A stretch of 64,000 nt of DNA from NCBI GenBank assembly GCA_016209105.1, contig JACQWR010000027.1, positions 1,497 to 65,496 on the forward strand. Direction: 5' to 3'. Origin of the DNA: Deltaproteobacteria bacterium. Lineage in GTDB: Bacteria; Desulfobacterota; Syntrophia; Syntrophales; JACQWR01. Each line of letters starts with the position of its first letter. Positions within the stretch are counted from its first letter, which is position 1. Below, piece by piece: positions 23,277 through 32,823 of the stretch. The position numbers were made by a program, and so were the translations under genes. The notes under the pieces were generated by a model that was not told where the DNA came from, searched no databases, and was given only the letters and a program-made list of their open reading frames with translations.

Positions 23277-23750
23277 TTGAGAAGGTATGAAAATATTTTC
23301 ATCGCCCATGTAGACCTGTCCGACGACGAGATAGGCGAGATGATTGAACGGTACAGGGCTATCATCACAAACGGCAAGGGAATTGTCGTCAAGGTTGAAA
23401 AATGGGGAAAGAGAAAGCTGGCGTACGAAATCAGGAAGCAGTTGAGAGGCTGCTACATCCTGATTGATTTCGCCGCCCCCAGCGCAACGGTCAGCGAGCT
23501 GGAAAGAAACTTGAGGATCGAAGACAAGGTCCTGAAGTTCATGACGGTCATGAAAGAAAGCCGGGTTGACTTGCAACAGCTCGAACAGGAGATCGCCGCT
23601 GCCGTTATTGAGAAAGAGACTGCCAAAGAGCATCCCCCCGCGGCGCAAACCATCCCCTCCAAAGCAACAACAGATAGGACAGCCGTAACCGAGGCCGTAC
23701 CGGAGGGAGAACCGGCAAAAACAGACGCGCAGGAGGAGGGAACGAAATGA
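23277..23750 (+). CDS. rpsF: 30S ribosomal protein S6 (with acidic/low-complexity C-terminal tail)
   Basis: [18 protein letters not shown]...[13 protein letters not shown]...GCYILIDF. Followed by rpsR with a 4-nt overlap. Confidence 0.92.
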   Translation: MRRYENIFIAHVDLSDDEIGEMIERYRAIITNGKGIVVKVEKWGKRKLAYEIRKQLRGCYILIDFAAPSATVSELERNLRIEDKVLKFMTVMKESRVDLQQLEQEIAAAVIEKETAKEHPPAAQTIPSKATTDRTAVTEAVPEGEPAKTDAQEEGTK

Positions 23751-24019
23751 GTTATCCAGAAAAAAAACCCAACGGCCCAAGGCCGCAGAGAAAATTCTTC
23801 CACAGAAGAAAGTTCTGCAAGTTTTGCACGGACTCAAATCTGAAAATAGAGTACAAGCAACCTATGCTCCTGAAGGATTTCGTCACCGAACGGGGCAAGA
23901 TCATGCCGAGACGAATCACGGGGAGCTGTGCCAAACATCAGAGAGAGATAACCCTGGCAATCAAACGGGCAAGAACCATTGCTCTCTTGCCTTTTGTCGT
24001 ATCCGACGGTAACAGGTAA
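23747..24019 (+). CDS. rpsR: 30S ribosomal protein S18
   Basis: 90 aa. RRKFCKFC...[50 protein letters not shown]. Confidence 0.92.
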   Translation: MSYPEKKPNGPRPQRKFFHRRKFCKFCTDSNLKIEYKQPMLLKDFVTERGKIMPRRITGSCAKHQREITLAIKRARTIALLPFVVSDGNR

Positions 24020-24120
24020 AATCATGGTCCGCGGCACTCTCTTTTTCCGGCGCTGCCAGTAAAGAAAGAGCCGCAGGCCGATCTTTATGGCGCCCTTGGG
24101 GGGCGTGGCAGGTTCTGGTC

Positions 24121-25089
24121 TTGGAAAAAGAGAGGAGTTTATTTTCCGATACTCATTTTCTCGCGGGCATTGCCGTATCGTCTCTGGCCTTTCTCCTTGT
24201 TGCCATCGTCCCCTTCGTGGGATCAGCGGCTATCCTTTTCATTCCCCTGCCGGTTCTCTATTACTATTCCACCGCCGGCCGGTTGAAGGGCTCCGCTATT
24301 CTGATTCTGTCACTTGCGGTGTCCTTTGCCATCCTGAGACTCCTCGGTGAGCAGGTGATTTTCCCCGTGCTCATTCTGCTCGGCTTACTGGGGATTGTCC
24401 TCGCGGAAGTGTTGAAAAGAAAGTACGCCCTGGAAAAGGCCGTACTTTATTCGGTTGCAGCGTTGGTCGCGCTTGGCGCTCTGTTTCTCCTTTACACATC
24501 CATCCGGTCGGGCAATGCTCCCGTGCATCTGATCGGCGTCTCCATAACCCGGAAAGTTCAGGAGAGTATCAGCATTTACACCCAGATTGACCCCTCCTCG
24601 GAGCAGGCCAAACTGATCAAGGACAATGCCTCGCAGATCATTGCGTTTATTATAAATATTTTCCCGGCAATCATTATTGTATCCGCCTCCGTAATCGTAT
24701 GGCTCAATCTCCTGGCCGCCAGGGCGGTCTTTACGAAAAATGCGGTCCCCTTCCCCGACTTCGGCGACCTCACACGCTGGAAACCGCCGGAAAAACTGGT
24801 CTGGATTCCTATCGTCGCCGGGATCATGATACTCCTGCCGGGAAAGCAGGCGCAGCTAATCGGCATCAACATGCTGCTTGTTTCTCTGTTTGTCTATTTC
24901 CTTGAAGGGTTGGCAATCGTGGGGTTTTTTTTCAAGAGGGGAAATATTTCTCCGATGCTTAGATTTTTGTTTTATTTCGTCATCTTCGCTCAGCAGTACC
25001 TCATGGTACTTGTTATTGCTGTGGGGTTGTTCGACATGTGGATTGACTTCAGAAGATTCAGCAAAACCACGGAAGATTCTGCCGTCTGA
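24121..25089 (+). CDS. polytopic membrane protein, DUF2232/YybS-like
   Basis: 322 aa with about 8 hydrophobic helices. Its position between rpsR and rplI-dnaB matches the yybS position in the Bacillus rpsF...rplI-dnaC region. The assignment is positional plus topology only. Confidence 0.5.
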   Translation: MEKERSLFSDTHFLAGIAVSSLAFLLVAIVPFVGSAAILFIPLPVLYYYSTAGRLKGSAILILSLAVSFAILRLLGEQVIFPVLILLGLLGIVLAEVLKRKYALEKAVLYSVAALVALGALFLLYTSIRSGNAPVHLIGVSITRKVQESISIYTQIDPSSEQAKLIKDNASQIIAFIINIFPAIIIVSASVIVWLNLLAARAVFTKNAVPFPDFGDLTRWKPPEKLVWIPIVAGIMILLPGKQAQLIGINMLLVSLFVYFLEGLAIVGFFFKRGNISPMLRFLFYFVIFAQQYLMVLVIAVGLFDMWIDFRRFSKTTEDSAV

Positions 25090-25132
25090 CCATGCGCCGG
25101 TCAGGATATTCCTGCACAAAAGGAGGAACGAT

Positions 25133-25579
25133 ATGAATGTCATACTGAAAGAGGATGTGCCGTCGCTGGGAAAAGCGGGTGATACGTTGAAGGTGTCCGA
25201 CGGCTATGCAAGAAACTTCCTGATTCCCCGGGGTCTTGCCCTGGAAGCAAACACTCGGAATCTGAAAACCCTGGAGCATGAGAAAGCGCACATCATGCGG
25301 AAAGCGGAAAAGGAAAAAAAGAGTTCCGAGGCGCTGGCGGAACAATTGTCTTCCCTAACCTGCACGATCGCCCGAAAAGTGGGAGAGCAGGGCAAGCTGT
25401 TCGGCTCGGTGGGAACGAAGGATATCGAGGAGGCACTCCAGGGGAAGGGTGTAGAAATCAATAGGAAAAATATCATCCTCGACGAACCGATAAAGGCTTG
25501 TGGTGAATTTTCCGTAAAAGTCAAATTGCCGGCCGGCATAACGACGGAAATCAAAATAGCGGTTGTCGAAAGCGCTTAA
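25133..25579 (+). CDS. rplI: 50S ribosomal protein L9
   Basis: MNVILKEDVPSLGKAGDTLKVSDGYARNFLIPRGLA. AGGAGG at 25121-25126. The ORF track's 5' extension from 24878 overlaps the upstream membrane gene and is not coding. Confidence 0.92.
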   Translation: MNVILKEDVPSLGKAGDTLKVSDGYARNFLIPRGLALEANTRNLKTLEHEKAHIMRKAEKEKKSSEALAEQLSSLTCTIARKVGEQGKLFGSVGTKDIEEALQGKGVEINRKNIILDEPIKACGEFSVKVKLPAGITTEIKIAVVESA

Positions 25580-25588
25580 GGAAAACCC

Positions 25589-26947
25589 ATGAAAGATATT
25601 GATGCCTCCCTGCACAAAGTACCGCCCCAGAATACCGAGGCGGAGCAGTCTATTCTCGGGGGCATCCTTCTCGAAAACCAGGCGTTAAATACGGTTCTGG
25701 AGACACTGGGGGCAAATGATTTTTACAGCGAGGCCCACCGGAAGATATTTACCGCCATTGTAGAACTTTCCGAAAAGAACGAACCCTACGACCTCATCAC
25801 CCTCACCAACATTCTGAAAAACAAGAATCAGATAGAATCCATCGGGGGGGTGAGCTACCTGGCGTCGCTCGTGAACAATGTCCCATCCGCCGCCAATGTG
25901 GCCTATTACGCAAAGATTGTAAAAGAGAAGGCGATCCTCAGGGGCCTCATCTGGACGGCCACGGAAATTCTGACCAAGAGTTACAATACAGGCGCCGACG
26001 TAGACCATGTTCTCGATGAAGCGGAGCATGCCATCTTCGAGATATCCGAGAACAAAATCAGGCCGTCTTTTTTCCCCTTGCGGGCTATCATCAAGGACAG
26101 CTTCAAGACGATCGAAAATCTCTTTGAGAGAAAAGAGCTCATCACCGGCGTCCCCACCGGGTTCGAACGAATAGACGACCTGACCTCGGGATTGCAGAAG
26201 TCCGACCTGATTATCATCGCCGGCAGGCCGAGCATGGGGAAAACCGCCTTTGCCCTCAATATTGCCCAGCATGCGGCGCTGGAAGTGGGTATCCCCACCG
26301 CCGTGTTTTCCCTGGAAATGGCCAAGGAACAGCTCGCCCTGCGTATGCTCGCCTCGGAAGCACGGGTGGATTCCCAACGGCTGAGAAAAGGCATGCTGGG
26401 AGAGACCGACTGGCCGAAACTGACTACCGCCGCCGGCAGACTCTCGGAGGCGCCCATATTCATTGACGACACGCCGGCTATTACCGTCCTCGAGATGAAG
26501 GCAAAGGCGCGGCGACTGAAGGCAGAAACCGGTCTCGGTCTTATTGTTCTCGATTATCTCCAACTCATGCGGGGAGGAACGTACAAGGACTCACGGGAAC
26601 AGGAAATATCGGAGATCAGCCGTTCATTAAAGGCGCTCGCCAAGGAGTTATCCGTCCCCGTCGTGGCGCTTTCTCAGTTGAACCGCAAGGTGGAAGACCG
26701 GACAAACAGGCGGCCGCAGATGGCCGATCTGAGAGAATCGGGCGCGATTGAACAGGACGCCGATTTGATCGCATTTATTTACCGGGACGAGGTTTACAAC
26801 AAGTCCGAAGACAATCCGGACAAGGGAATCGCGGAAATCATCATCGGGAAACAGCGGAACGGTCCCACGGGAATCGTAAAGCTTGCGTTTCTCGAAAAAT
26901 ATACCTGCTTTGAAAATCTTTCCCGCATGGAAGACAAGTCTTCCTAA
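25589..26947 (+). CDS. dnaB: replicative DNA helicase
   Basis: 452 aa. PPQNTEAEQSILGGILL, Walker A GRPSMGKTAFALN, LIVLDYLQLM, SQLNRKVEDR and the ADLRESGAIEQDAD motif. Confidence 0.95.
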   Translation: MKDIDASLHKVPPQNTEAEQSILGGILLENQALNTVLETLGANDFYSEAHRKIFTAIVELSEKNEPYDLITLTNILKNKNQIESIGGVSYLASLVNNVPSAANVAYYAKIVKEKAILRGLIWTATEILTKSYNTGADVDHVLDEAEHAIFEISENKIRPSFFPLRAIIKDSFKTIENLFERKELITGVPTGFERIDDLTSGLQKSDLIIIAGRPSMGKTAFALNIAQHAALEVGIPTAVFSLEMAKEQLALRMLASEARVDSQRLRKGMLGETDWPKLTTAAGRLSEAPIFIDDTPAITVLEMKAKARRLKAETGLGLIVLDYLQLMRGGTYKDSREQEISEISRSLKALAKELSVPVVALSQLNRKVEDRTNRRPQMADLRESGAIEQDADLIAFIYRDEVYNKSEDNPDKGIAEIIIGKQRNGPTGIVKLAFLEKYTCFENLSRMEDKSS

Positions 26948-27807
26948 GCCTGAAGCAGCTTTGGCTCCCCCGTAAGCAACGGAAGAGCGGTACGCAGTTT
27001 CTTCAAGGCCTGCTTTTCAATCTGTCGCACCCGCTCTCTCGTAATATGGTAATGGTCGCCGATCTCCTGCAACGTCATGGGATTATCGGCCATCACCCGG
27101 TTCGTGATGATGTAGCTCTCCTTTTCGTTGAGTACGGCAAGCGCCCCGGCAATATTCCGTTTAACCAGCGACATCTCTTCATTTCTGATCAGCGCCGTTT
27201 CCTGATCCTCGCCCTCGTAAGCCAGGTAATCCATCACGTGGGCGGAATCGCTTTCATTATTAACAAACGAATCCAGGGAAAGGTCACGGCTGCTCATGCG
27301 GACATGCATTTCTTCGAGTTCCTGCGTCTTCACCCCCATGGACTCCGCTATTTCAGAAAATTCCGGTTTCTTTTCGGAGAGCGTTTCCAGTCTTTTTCTG
27401 GCCTGGTTCAGTTTAAAGAATAATTTTCTCTGCGCCTGGGTAGTTCCGATCTTAACCAGACTCCACGACTTGATGATAAAATTCTGTATATAGGCCCTTA
27501 TCCACCAGACCGCATAGGATATGAGGCGGTATCCTTTGTACGGATCGAATTTTTTTACCGCGTGCATCAATCCGATGTTCCCCTCCTGGATCAGGTCGGC
27601 AAGTTTTGCCCCATAATTCCGATATTCGTGGGCAATCTTGACGACAAATCGCAGGTTGGACACGACAAGCTTCTCCGCCGCGTCCATGTCATGATTCTTT
27701 TTCAGCCGGACGGCAAGCTGAAATTCCTCCTCCGCCGTGAGAAGGGGAAAACGGTTTATTTCCGATATGTATAAATCAAGGGTTGCGGTAACCGCAGGCA
27801 GTTCCAA
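26944..27807 (-). CDS. rpoH: RNA polymerase sigma-32 heat-shock factor
   Basis: 287 aa. Region 2 is NLRFVVKIAHEYRNYG...DLIQEGNIGLMHAVKKFDP. The RpoH box is TTQAQRKLFFKLNQ. Region 4 is TLQEIGDHYHITRERVRQIE. Confidence 0.9.
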   Translation of the reverse strand: MELPAVTATLDLYISEINRFPLLTAEEEFQLAVRLKKNHDMDAAEKLVVSNLRFVVKIAHEYRNYGAKLADLIQEGNIGLMHAVKKFDPYKGYRLISYAVWWIRAYIQNFIIKSWSLVKIGTTQAQRKLFFKLNQARKRLETLSEKKPEFSEIAESMGVKTQELEEMHVRMSSRDLSLDSFVNNESDSAHVMDYLAYEGEDQETALIRNEEMSLVKRNIAGALAVLNEKESYIITNRVMADNPMTLQEIGDHYHITRERVRQIEKQALKKLRTALPLLTGEPKLLQA

Positions 27808-27949
27808 TGATTGCGTCCTCTCTTACCGTAATTTTGCAAGTTTTTATTGTACGTGCCATCACACGGTCCGTCAAGTCTATTTTCCTGCAAGGCCCTTCCT
27901 GCAATGTACGGATACCAAGCAAAGCATATGACACAAAAATAACTTCTTG

Positions 27950-28916
27950 ACCGTGTGAACCGGGTAGGTTGGCTTCTCTATTATCAACGTATCGAGGCGG
28001 GATTCTGGAAGAAGCGTCGGAAGCGGTCGGGATTCCGTCAGTGGCGCCCGAGGAAGGAATGTTTTGGCAGATGGTTCAGATGGACGGATCTCACCATGCA
28101 TGGCTGGAAGGGCGAGGACCTGATCTGGTTTTAATGGGATATATCGACGATGCCACGAGTACTGTATCTGGGCGGTTTTACGATTATGAAGGGACCATGC
28201 CGGCGATGGATAGTTTCAAGGGGTATGTGAGGAAGCACGGCCTTCCTCTGAGCGTTTATCTTGACCGGCACACGACCGATACGTCTCCCCGGAAGCTGAC
28301 GGCATGGGAAGAGGTCGAAGGGAGAGAGTCGTTGAGCCAGTTTGAGAGGGCGCTCAAGGAGCTTGGAGTGGAGGTCATTCATGCCCTGTCACCGCAAGCA
28401 AAGGGAAGAATCGAGAGACTCTTCGGGGTGCTTCAGGACAGGCTCGTGAAGGAGATGCGGTTACGGGGCATAAAGACGAAAGAAGAAGCCAATGCGTTTC
28501 TTAACGAGTATCTGCCCCGCTACAACGAGAGGTTTGGGGTGTGTCCGGCCAACGAAACCGATGCCCATGTAACGCTTCCCCGACAGGTTGATCTGAACCG
28601 CTATCTGTGCATCAAGACGGAACGGACGATCAGGAATGACAACACCATAGCCCTCGATGGCAGACCGTGCCGGCTTGAGGAACGGGGCGGCAAAAAGGTG
28701 GTTGTGGAAGAGAGGCTCGATGGATCGCTGCGGATGATCAGCAAGGGTGTGTCTCTGAGGTATCGAGAGATCACCCAAAGACCGGAAAAGAAGGTGGTTC
28801 CCAAAACGGACGCACGAGCGTTCAACCAGCCACCAAAACCAGCGAAAGATCACCCCGGGAAAAGAAGCTGGAAACAATGGATGCCCGCTCGCCGGCAGAG
28901 GGCATCTGCCTATTGA
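27950..28916 (+). pseudogene. decayed DDE/rve-type transposase (ISNCY/IS1202-like), 5'-truncated and frameshifted
   Basis: The catalytic core is in the ORF frame: VQMDGSHHAWLEGRG...MGYIDDATS...SPQAKGRIERLFGVLQDRLVKE. The preceding conserved segment IEAGFWKKRRKRSGFRQWRPRKECFG is in the +1 frame, with a 1-nt shift near 28068. Stops lie upstream of about 27950, and the HTH region is absent. Confidence 0.7.
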
Positions 28917-29086
28917 CCAAACAGGACATTTCTCCTTCGGTAGGAATAGGACATTCCTAAATTGGCTTGACACAGGCGTACTCGCTTCTTGACTTTGGCG
29001 GGCGATAATAATAGTCTTACTGCCCGTCGCGCACGGCGCCGGATGCACCATGCATTTAGTGATTAGACGTCAAAAGGGGTTTCGCA

Positions 29087-30106
29087 ATGAAGAAAATCAG
29101 GGTGGAAAACGCAGTAGGGACATTGCTGGCACACGATATCACGCGGATCGTCCCCGGCGAATTCAAGGGCGTGGGATTCAAGAAGGGGCATATCGTCCGA
29201 GAGGAGGACATCCCGGAACTGCTGAAGCTGGGAAAGCAGTATCTCTACGTACTGGAACTTCCGAAGGGCCAGCTCCACGAGGACGATGCCGCCTTGCGCA
29301 TTGCCCGGGCGATCGCGGGAAACAACCTGGGTTGGACGGCGCCCCGGGAGGGAAAATCGCCCCTCATCAGCAAGAATGATGGACTGCTCAAGATAAACGT
29401 CCCCGGCCTCCTCAGGATAAACAAGCTGGGCAAGATCATCGTCTCCACCCTGAAAACGAATTTTCCCGTTAAACAGGATCAGATTGTGGCGGCCACCCGC
29501 ATCATCCCGCTGACCATACCGGCAAAGAAGATCGAAAAACTGGAGGAACTGGCGGCGCGCTGGCGGCCCGTCATCCAGGTGCTCCCCTATCGTAAGCTCC
29601 GGGTGGGCGGCGTCGTTACCGGCTCGGAAATCTACAAGGGACTCGTCAAGGACGGGTTCGACCGGTACGTGATGCAAAAGGTCCTGGATTACGGGTGCGA
29701 ATTCGTAAGAAAGATCGTTGTTCCCGACGATGCCCAAGCCATTTCCGAGGCCGTGCGGGAACTCAAGGCGCTGGGCTGCGAACTCATCCTGACGACGGGA
29801 GGCCTTTCCGTTGACCCCGATGACGTGACACGCAAGGGCATCCGGAAAGCGGGGGCAAAAATTGTCACCTATGGCAGTCCCATCCTTCCCGGCGCCATGT
29901 TCCTGTATGCGCTTCTGGATGGCAACCCTATCCTGGGACTTCCGGCCTGCGTTTACTATGAACCCACCACCGCTTTTGACCTGATGCTGCCCCGCGTCCT
30001 GGCGGGGGAGAGGATCACCAAAGATGCCATTGCCGAGACAGGCCACGGCGGCATGTGCCTGAATTGCGAAACGTGTCGGTATCCCGTGTGTCCCTTCGGC
30101 AAATAG
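29087..30106 (+). CDS. molybdopterin-binding (MoCF_BD/MoeA-MogA-like) domain protein with C-terminal Cys cluster
   Basis: 339 aa. Central VGGVVTGSEI...LILTTGGLSVDPDDVT...GSPILPGAMFLYA pattern of molybdenum-cofactor-binding domains. C-terminal CLNCETCRYPVCPFGK. Confidence 0.65.
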   Translation: MKKIRVENAVGTLLAHDITRIVPGEFKGVGFKKGHIVREEDIPELLKLGKQYLYVLELPKGQLHEDDAALRIARAIAGNNLGWTAPREGKSPLISKNDGLLKINVPGLLRINKLGKIIVSTLKTNFPVKQDQIVAATRIIPLTIPAKKIEKLEELAARWRPVIQVLPYRKLRVGGVVTGSEIYKGLVKDGFDRYVMQKVLDYGCEFVRKIVVPDDAQAISEAVRELKALGCELILTTGGLSVDPDDVTRKGIRKAGAKIVTYGSPILPGAMFLYALLDGNPILGLPACVYYEPTTAFDLMLPRVLAGERITKDAIAETGHGGMCLNCETCRYPVCPFGK

Positions 30107-30230
30107 GACGACTTCGGAAAAAGCCCGGAGGCGGCGTTCCGCTTCATCCTTCGTCGTTGCGATGTACACTTAAAAGTACGTCTCACTTCTCAGGCCTCGC
30201 GTGCCTTGCCTGCGGAACTTTTTAGTAAGT
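30107..30230 (-). repeat. MITE/REP-like palindromic repeat, family A (inverted copy)
   Basis: Begins right after the stop at 30104-30106. By eye it aligns along its whole length, with scattered mismatches, to the reverse complement of 56498-56624: gacgacttcggaaaaagcccggaggcggcgtt...ctcaggcctcgcgtgccttgcctgcgga. The right terminal arm is degenerate. Confidence 0.75.
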
Positions 30231-30232
30231 TA

Positions 30233-30271
30233 GAAATTATTTTCTGCGTTTTTCTGGCAGAAAATAATTTC
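30233..30271. promoter_or_regulatory. perfect 15-bp inverted repeat upstream of yqeB (operator or structural hairpin)
   Basis: GAAATTATTTTCTGC (30233-47), a 9-nt loop, then GCAGAAAATAATTTC (30257-71). AT-rich, about 100 nt upstream of the yqeB-like start, with no downstream T-tract. Confidence 0.4.
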
Positions 30272-30368
30272 GTGAACGCACTTATCCCGTTTATCGGGGT
30301 TGCGAAGCCGTCTTGTGGGAGGGAAGCTTCACTTTTTACGAGGGCGTCTTTTTTTGAGGAGAAACACG

Positions 30369-31181
30369 ATGGCGGACGTGCCGCTTAAAGAAATCATCAT
30401 CGGGATAAAGGGCGCGGGAGAGATGGCAACGGGCGTTGCCTGGCGTCTGTGGCAGGCCAATATCCGCAATATCTTTATGCTGGAGACACCGCGGCCCCTC
30501 GCCGTGAGACGGGAAGTCGCATTCTGTGAGACCGTCTACGAGGGGAGCAAGGAAGTTGACGGCGTAACAGCAGTCAAGGTGGAAGGAACGGCGGAAATAC
30601 GACGCGCCTGGGCGGGGGAAAAGATCGCCGTTCTTGTTGATCCCCGCTGGAAGACGATCGGAGCGATGGCGCCGCAGGTGGTGATTGACGCCATCCTCGC
30701 CAAAGAAAACCTGGGCACCACGAAGAACGAGGCCCCGCTGGTAATCGGCCTCGGACCCGGCTTTCATGCCGGGAAGGATGTCCATATCATCATCGAAACG
30801 AACCGGGGGCACAACCTGGGCAGACTCATCTTCTCCGGCCCCGCCGAGACGAATACGGGAATACCGGGAGAGATCGGGGGATATGCGGCGGAACGGGTGC
30901 TGCGAGCTCCGGACAACGGCGTCTTTACGGCAAAGCGGCACATCGGGGAGATGATCCAGCGCGGCGATACGGTGGGAGATGTTGCCGGAGAGGAACTGTT
31001 CGCCGGGATTAACGGGGTGATCAGGGGATTGCTGAAAAACGGCATCGAGGTGAAAAAGGGCACAAAGCTCGGCGATATTGATCCACGCGGAAAGAGGGAA
31101 TACTGCTTCACCGTCTCCGACAAGGCGCTTGCGATCGGGGGAGCGACACTTGAGGCAATCCTTAACGTGTATAATACATGA
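30369..31181 (+). CDS. yqeB: selenium-dependent molybdenum hydroxylase system protein, YqeB/EF2563 family
   Basis: Start is MADVPLKE, with GAGGAG at 30354-59. IIIGIKGAGEMATGVAWRLWQANI...ETPRPLAVRREVAFCETVYEGSKEVDGVTA matches my recollection of the short YqeB-family (TIGR03309-type) N-terminus. Confidence 0.7.
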   Translation: MADVPLKEIIIGIKGAGEMATGVAWRLWQANIRNIFMLETPRPLAVRREVAFCETVYEGSKEVDGVTAVKVEGTAEIRRAWAGEKIAVLVDPRWKTIGAMAPQVVIDAILAKENLGTTKNEAPLVIGLGPGFHAGKDVHIIIETNRGHNLGRLIFSGPAETNTGIPGEIGGYAAERVLRAPDNGVFTAKRHIGEMIQRGDTVGDVAGEELFAGINGVIRGLLKNGIEVKKGTKLGDIDPRGKREYCFTVSDKALAIGGATLEAILNVYNT

Positions 31182-31184
31182 TGT

Positions 31185-32627
31185 ATGGCATCGTTTCGTA
31201 ATATCCTCGGTCTTCGGGAACGGGGGATCATCAGCATCGTCGGCGCCGGCGGCAAAACCACGCTGTTATTTGCCCTATCCCATGAAATCGCCGCCGCCGG
31301 GGAAACCGTACTCACCACCACCACCACGAAAATTTTCGTGCCGTCCGAAGAACAGTCTTCACAGGTCATCATCTCAGCGTATCCCCAACAAGTACTGGAA
31401 AAGGCCCGACTTTTGACGGACGGACAACGGCACGTAACCGCAGGCCGCGCCCTTATTCCTCCGGAAAACAAACTGGCGGGCTTCACCTCGGACGATATCG
31501 CCGAACTGGAGAGGGGAAACGTGTTCCGCTGGATCCTGGTGGAGGCAGACGGGGCAAAACACCGCCCCCTCAAGGCGCCTGCCGCCCATGAGCCCGTGAT
31601 TCCTCCGTGTTCACAATGGGTTATCGCCGTGGTCGGCTTGGACGTTGTAGGACAACCCCTGACGGAAGAGTGGGTCTTCCGCAGCCACCTCTATGGAACA
31701 TTGACCGGCCTGAAATCCGGTGAGGCGATCACGGAACATTCCGTTGCCGTGGCGCTTACCCATGGGCAGGGGATCATGAAAGGCTGTCCTCCCGGCGCTG
31801 CACGATTGGTCTTCCTCAACAAGGCGGACACAACAGGCCGGAGGGAGGCGGGGCGGCGAATCGCGGAACTTCTCAAAAAAGCGGAAGGGATAAGGCCGGA
31901 CAGAATTATCATTGCCTCCCTCCGGGAGGGAACGGAAACCGCCGAATGGCACGATCTGACCGCCGGCCGGGAACAGGAAAAAACGGCTGGCACAATCTCG
32001 AAAGCCCCCACCGCCGGCATCATACTCGCCGCCGGCATGTCCACCCGCATGGGTAAAACGGGAACCCCCAAGCAACTGCTGGAGGCGGGGGGAAAGCCCC
32101 TTCTCGCCTGGGTCGTGGAAGCAGCCATAGCATCCGAACTGGCACGGGTGATTCTCGTCCTCGGCCATGAAGCGGGGAAAATCCTCGCGGCGCTCGGCCC
32201 CCTCGCAGGACATCGCCGCATCAAGACTATCATCAACGACCGGTACGCCGATGGCATGGCATCCTCCCTCCAGGCCGGATTATTGGAAGTCAGGGATGAA
32301 TTCCCCTCGGTCATGTTCCTGCTCGGCGACCAGCCGCTCGTGGGAACGGAAACCATCAATCTCCTCCTCGACCGCTTTCGAGAATCAGACAAGGACATCT
32401 GCGTCCCCATGTGTGGCGGCAAACGGGGAAACCCCGTTATCTTCAGCTGCCGACATTACCATGAAATTCTCGAGATCCGGGGCGACAGGGGCGCGCGGGA
32501 GATCATTGACCGTTATCCCGATGCCATCCTTCCCGCTGAAATCAGCGATCCCCGCTGCTTTCTCGACATCGACAACACCGAAGACGCACAGAAGCTCCCT
32601 GCCCTTGAGGGCAGGGCTTCCCGGTAA
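31185..32627 (+). CDS. YqeC-family selenium cofactor biosynthesis protein fused to MocA/MobA-like nucleotidyltransferase
   Basis: The N-terminal half has IISIVGAGGKTTLLFAL...VLTTTTTKIFVP (YqeC P-loop pattern). The C-terminal half has AGIILAAGMSTRMG...PKQLL...LGDQPLV (MobA/MocA signature). Confidence 0.75.
   Translation: MASFRNILGLRERGIISIVGAGGKTTLLFALSHEIAAAGETVLTTTTTKIFVPSEEQSSQVIISAYPQQVLEKARLLTDGQRHVTAGRALIPPENKLAGFTSDDIAELERGNVFRWILVEADGAKHRPLKAPAAHEPVIPPCSQWVIAVVGLDVVGQPLTEEWVFRSHLYGTLTGLKSGEAITEHSVAVALTHGQGIMKGCPPGAARLVFLNKADTTGRREAGRRIAELLKKAEGIRPDRIIIASLREGTETAEWHDLTAGREQEKTAGTISKAPTAGIILAAGMSTRMGKTGTPKQLLEAGGKPLLAWVVEAAIASELARVILVLGHEAGKILAALGPLAGHRRIKTIINDRYADGMASSLQAGLLEVRDEFPSVMFLLGDQPLVGTETINLLLDRFRESDKDICVPMCGGKRGNPVIFSCRHYHEILEIRGDRGAREIIDRYPDAILPAEISDPRCFLDIDNTEDAQKLPALEGRASR
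32550..32599 (+). repeat. direct repeat copy A (native 3' end of the MocA domain)
   Basis: ccccgctgctttctcgacatcgacaacaccgaagacgcacagaagctccc recurs at 33459-33509 with 5 substitutions. Confidence 0.9.
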
Positions 32628-32794
32628 GAGGTTAAGGACAAGTCTGCCGAATGGCCCTCAAAAATGTCTGCTCGGTATTGCCAAATCCCTGAAAACAATA
32701 TCCTGCGCCACGCTGAACAGACATCCGGGAAAGCCCCCTTATCTTACCGCCGGAAATATCTGTCGGCACCCCCACATCTTGTGGCCATTTTTTC

Positions 32795-32823
32795 TTGACA
32801 CACAACTCACTTTTCCCTACACT
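32795..32823 (+). promoter_or_regulatory. candidate sigma-70 promoter of the UPF0200-type kinase gene
   Basis: TTGACA (32795-800), a 17-nt spacer, then TACACT (32818-23), preceded by a T-run and 46 nt upstream of ATG 32869. Confidence 0.5.

Noticed and set aside
22589-23392. 267-aa minus-strand ORF across the MOSC/rpsF region
   Set aside because: It overlaps two well-supported plus-strand genes and the promoter region between them. No homology pattern.
26944-26947. Convergent dnaB and rpoH overlap by 4 nt at their stop codons with no terminator between them
   Set aside because: The overlap is real in the sequence. It is a compact-genome curiosity rather than evidence of a system, and no structure or regulatory motif could be tied to it.
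29063-30169. 368-aa minus-strand ORF
   Set aside because: The opposite strand encodes the MoCF-binding-domain protein with a good SD/ATG and family motifs. The minus-strand ORF has none.
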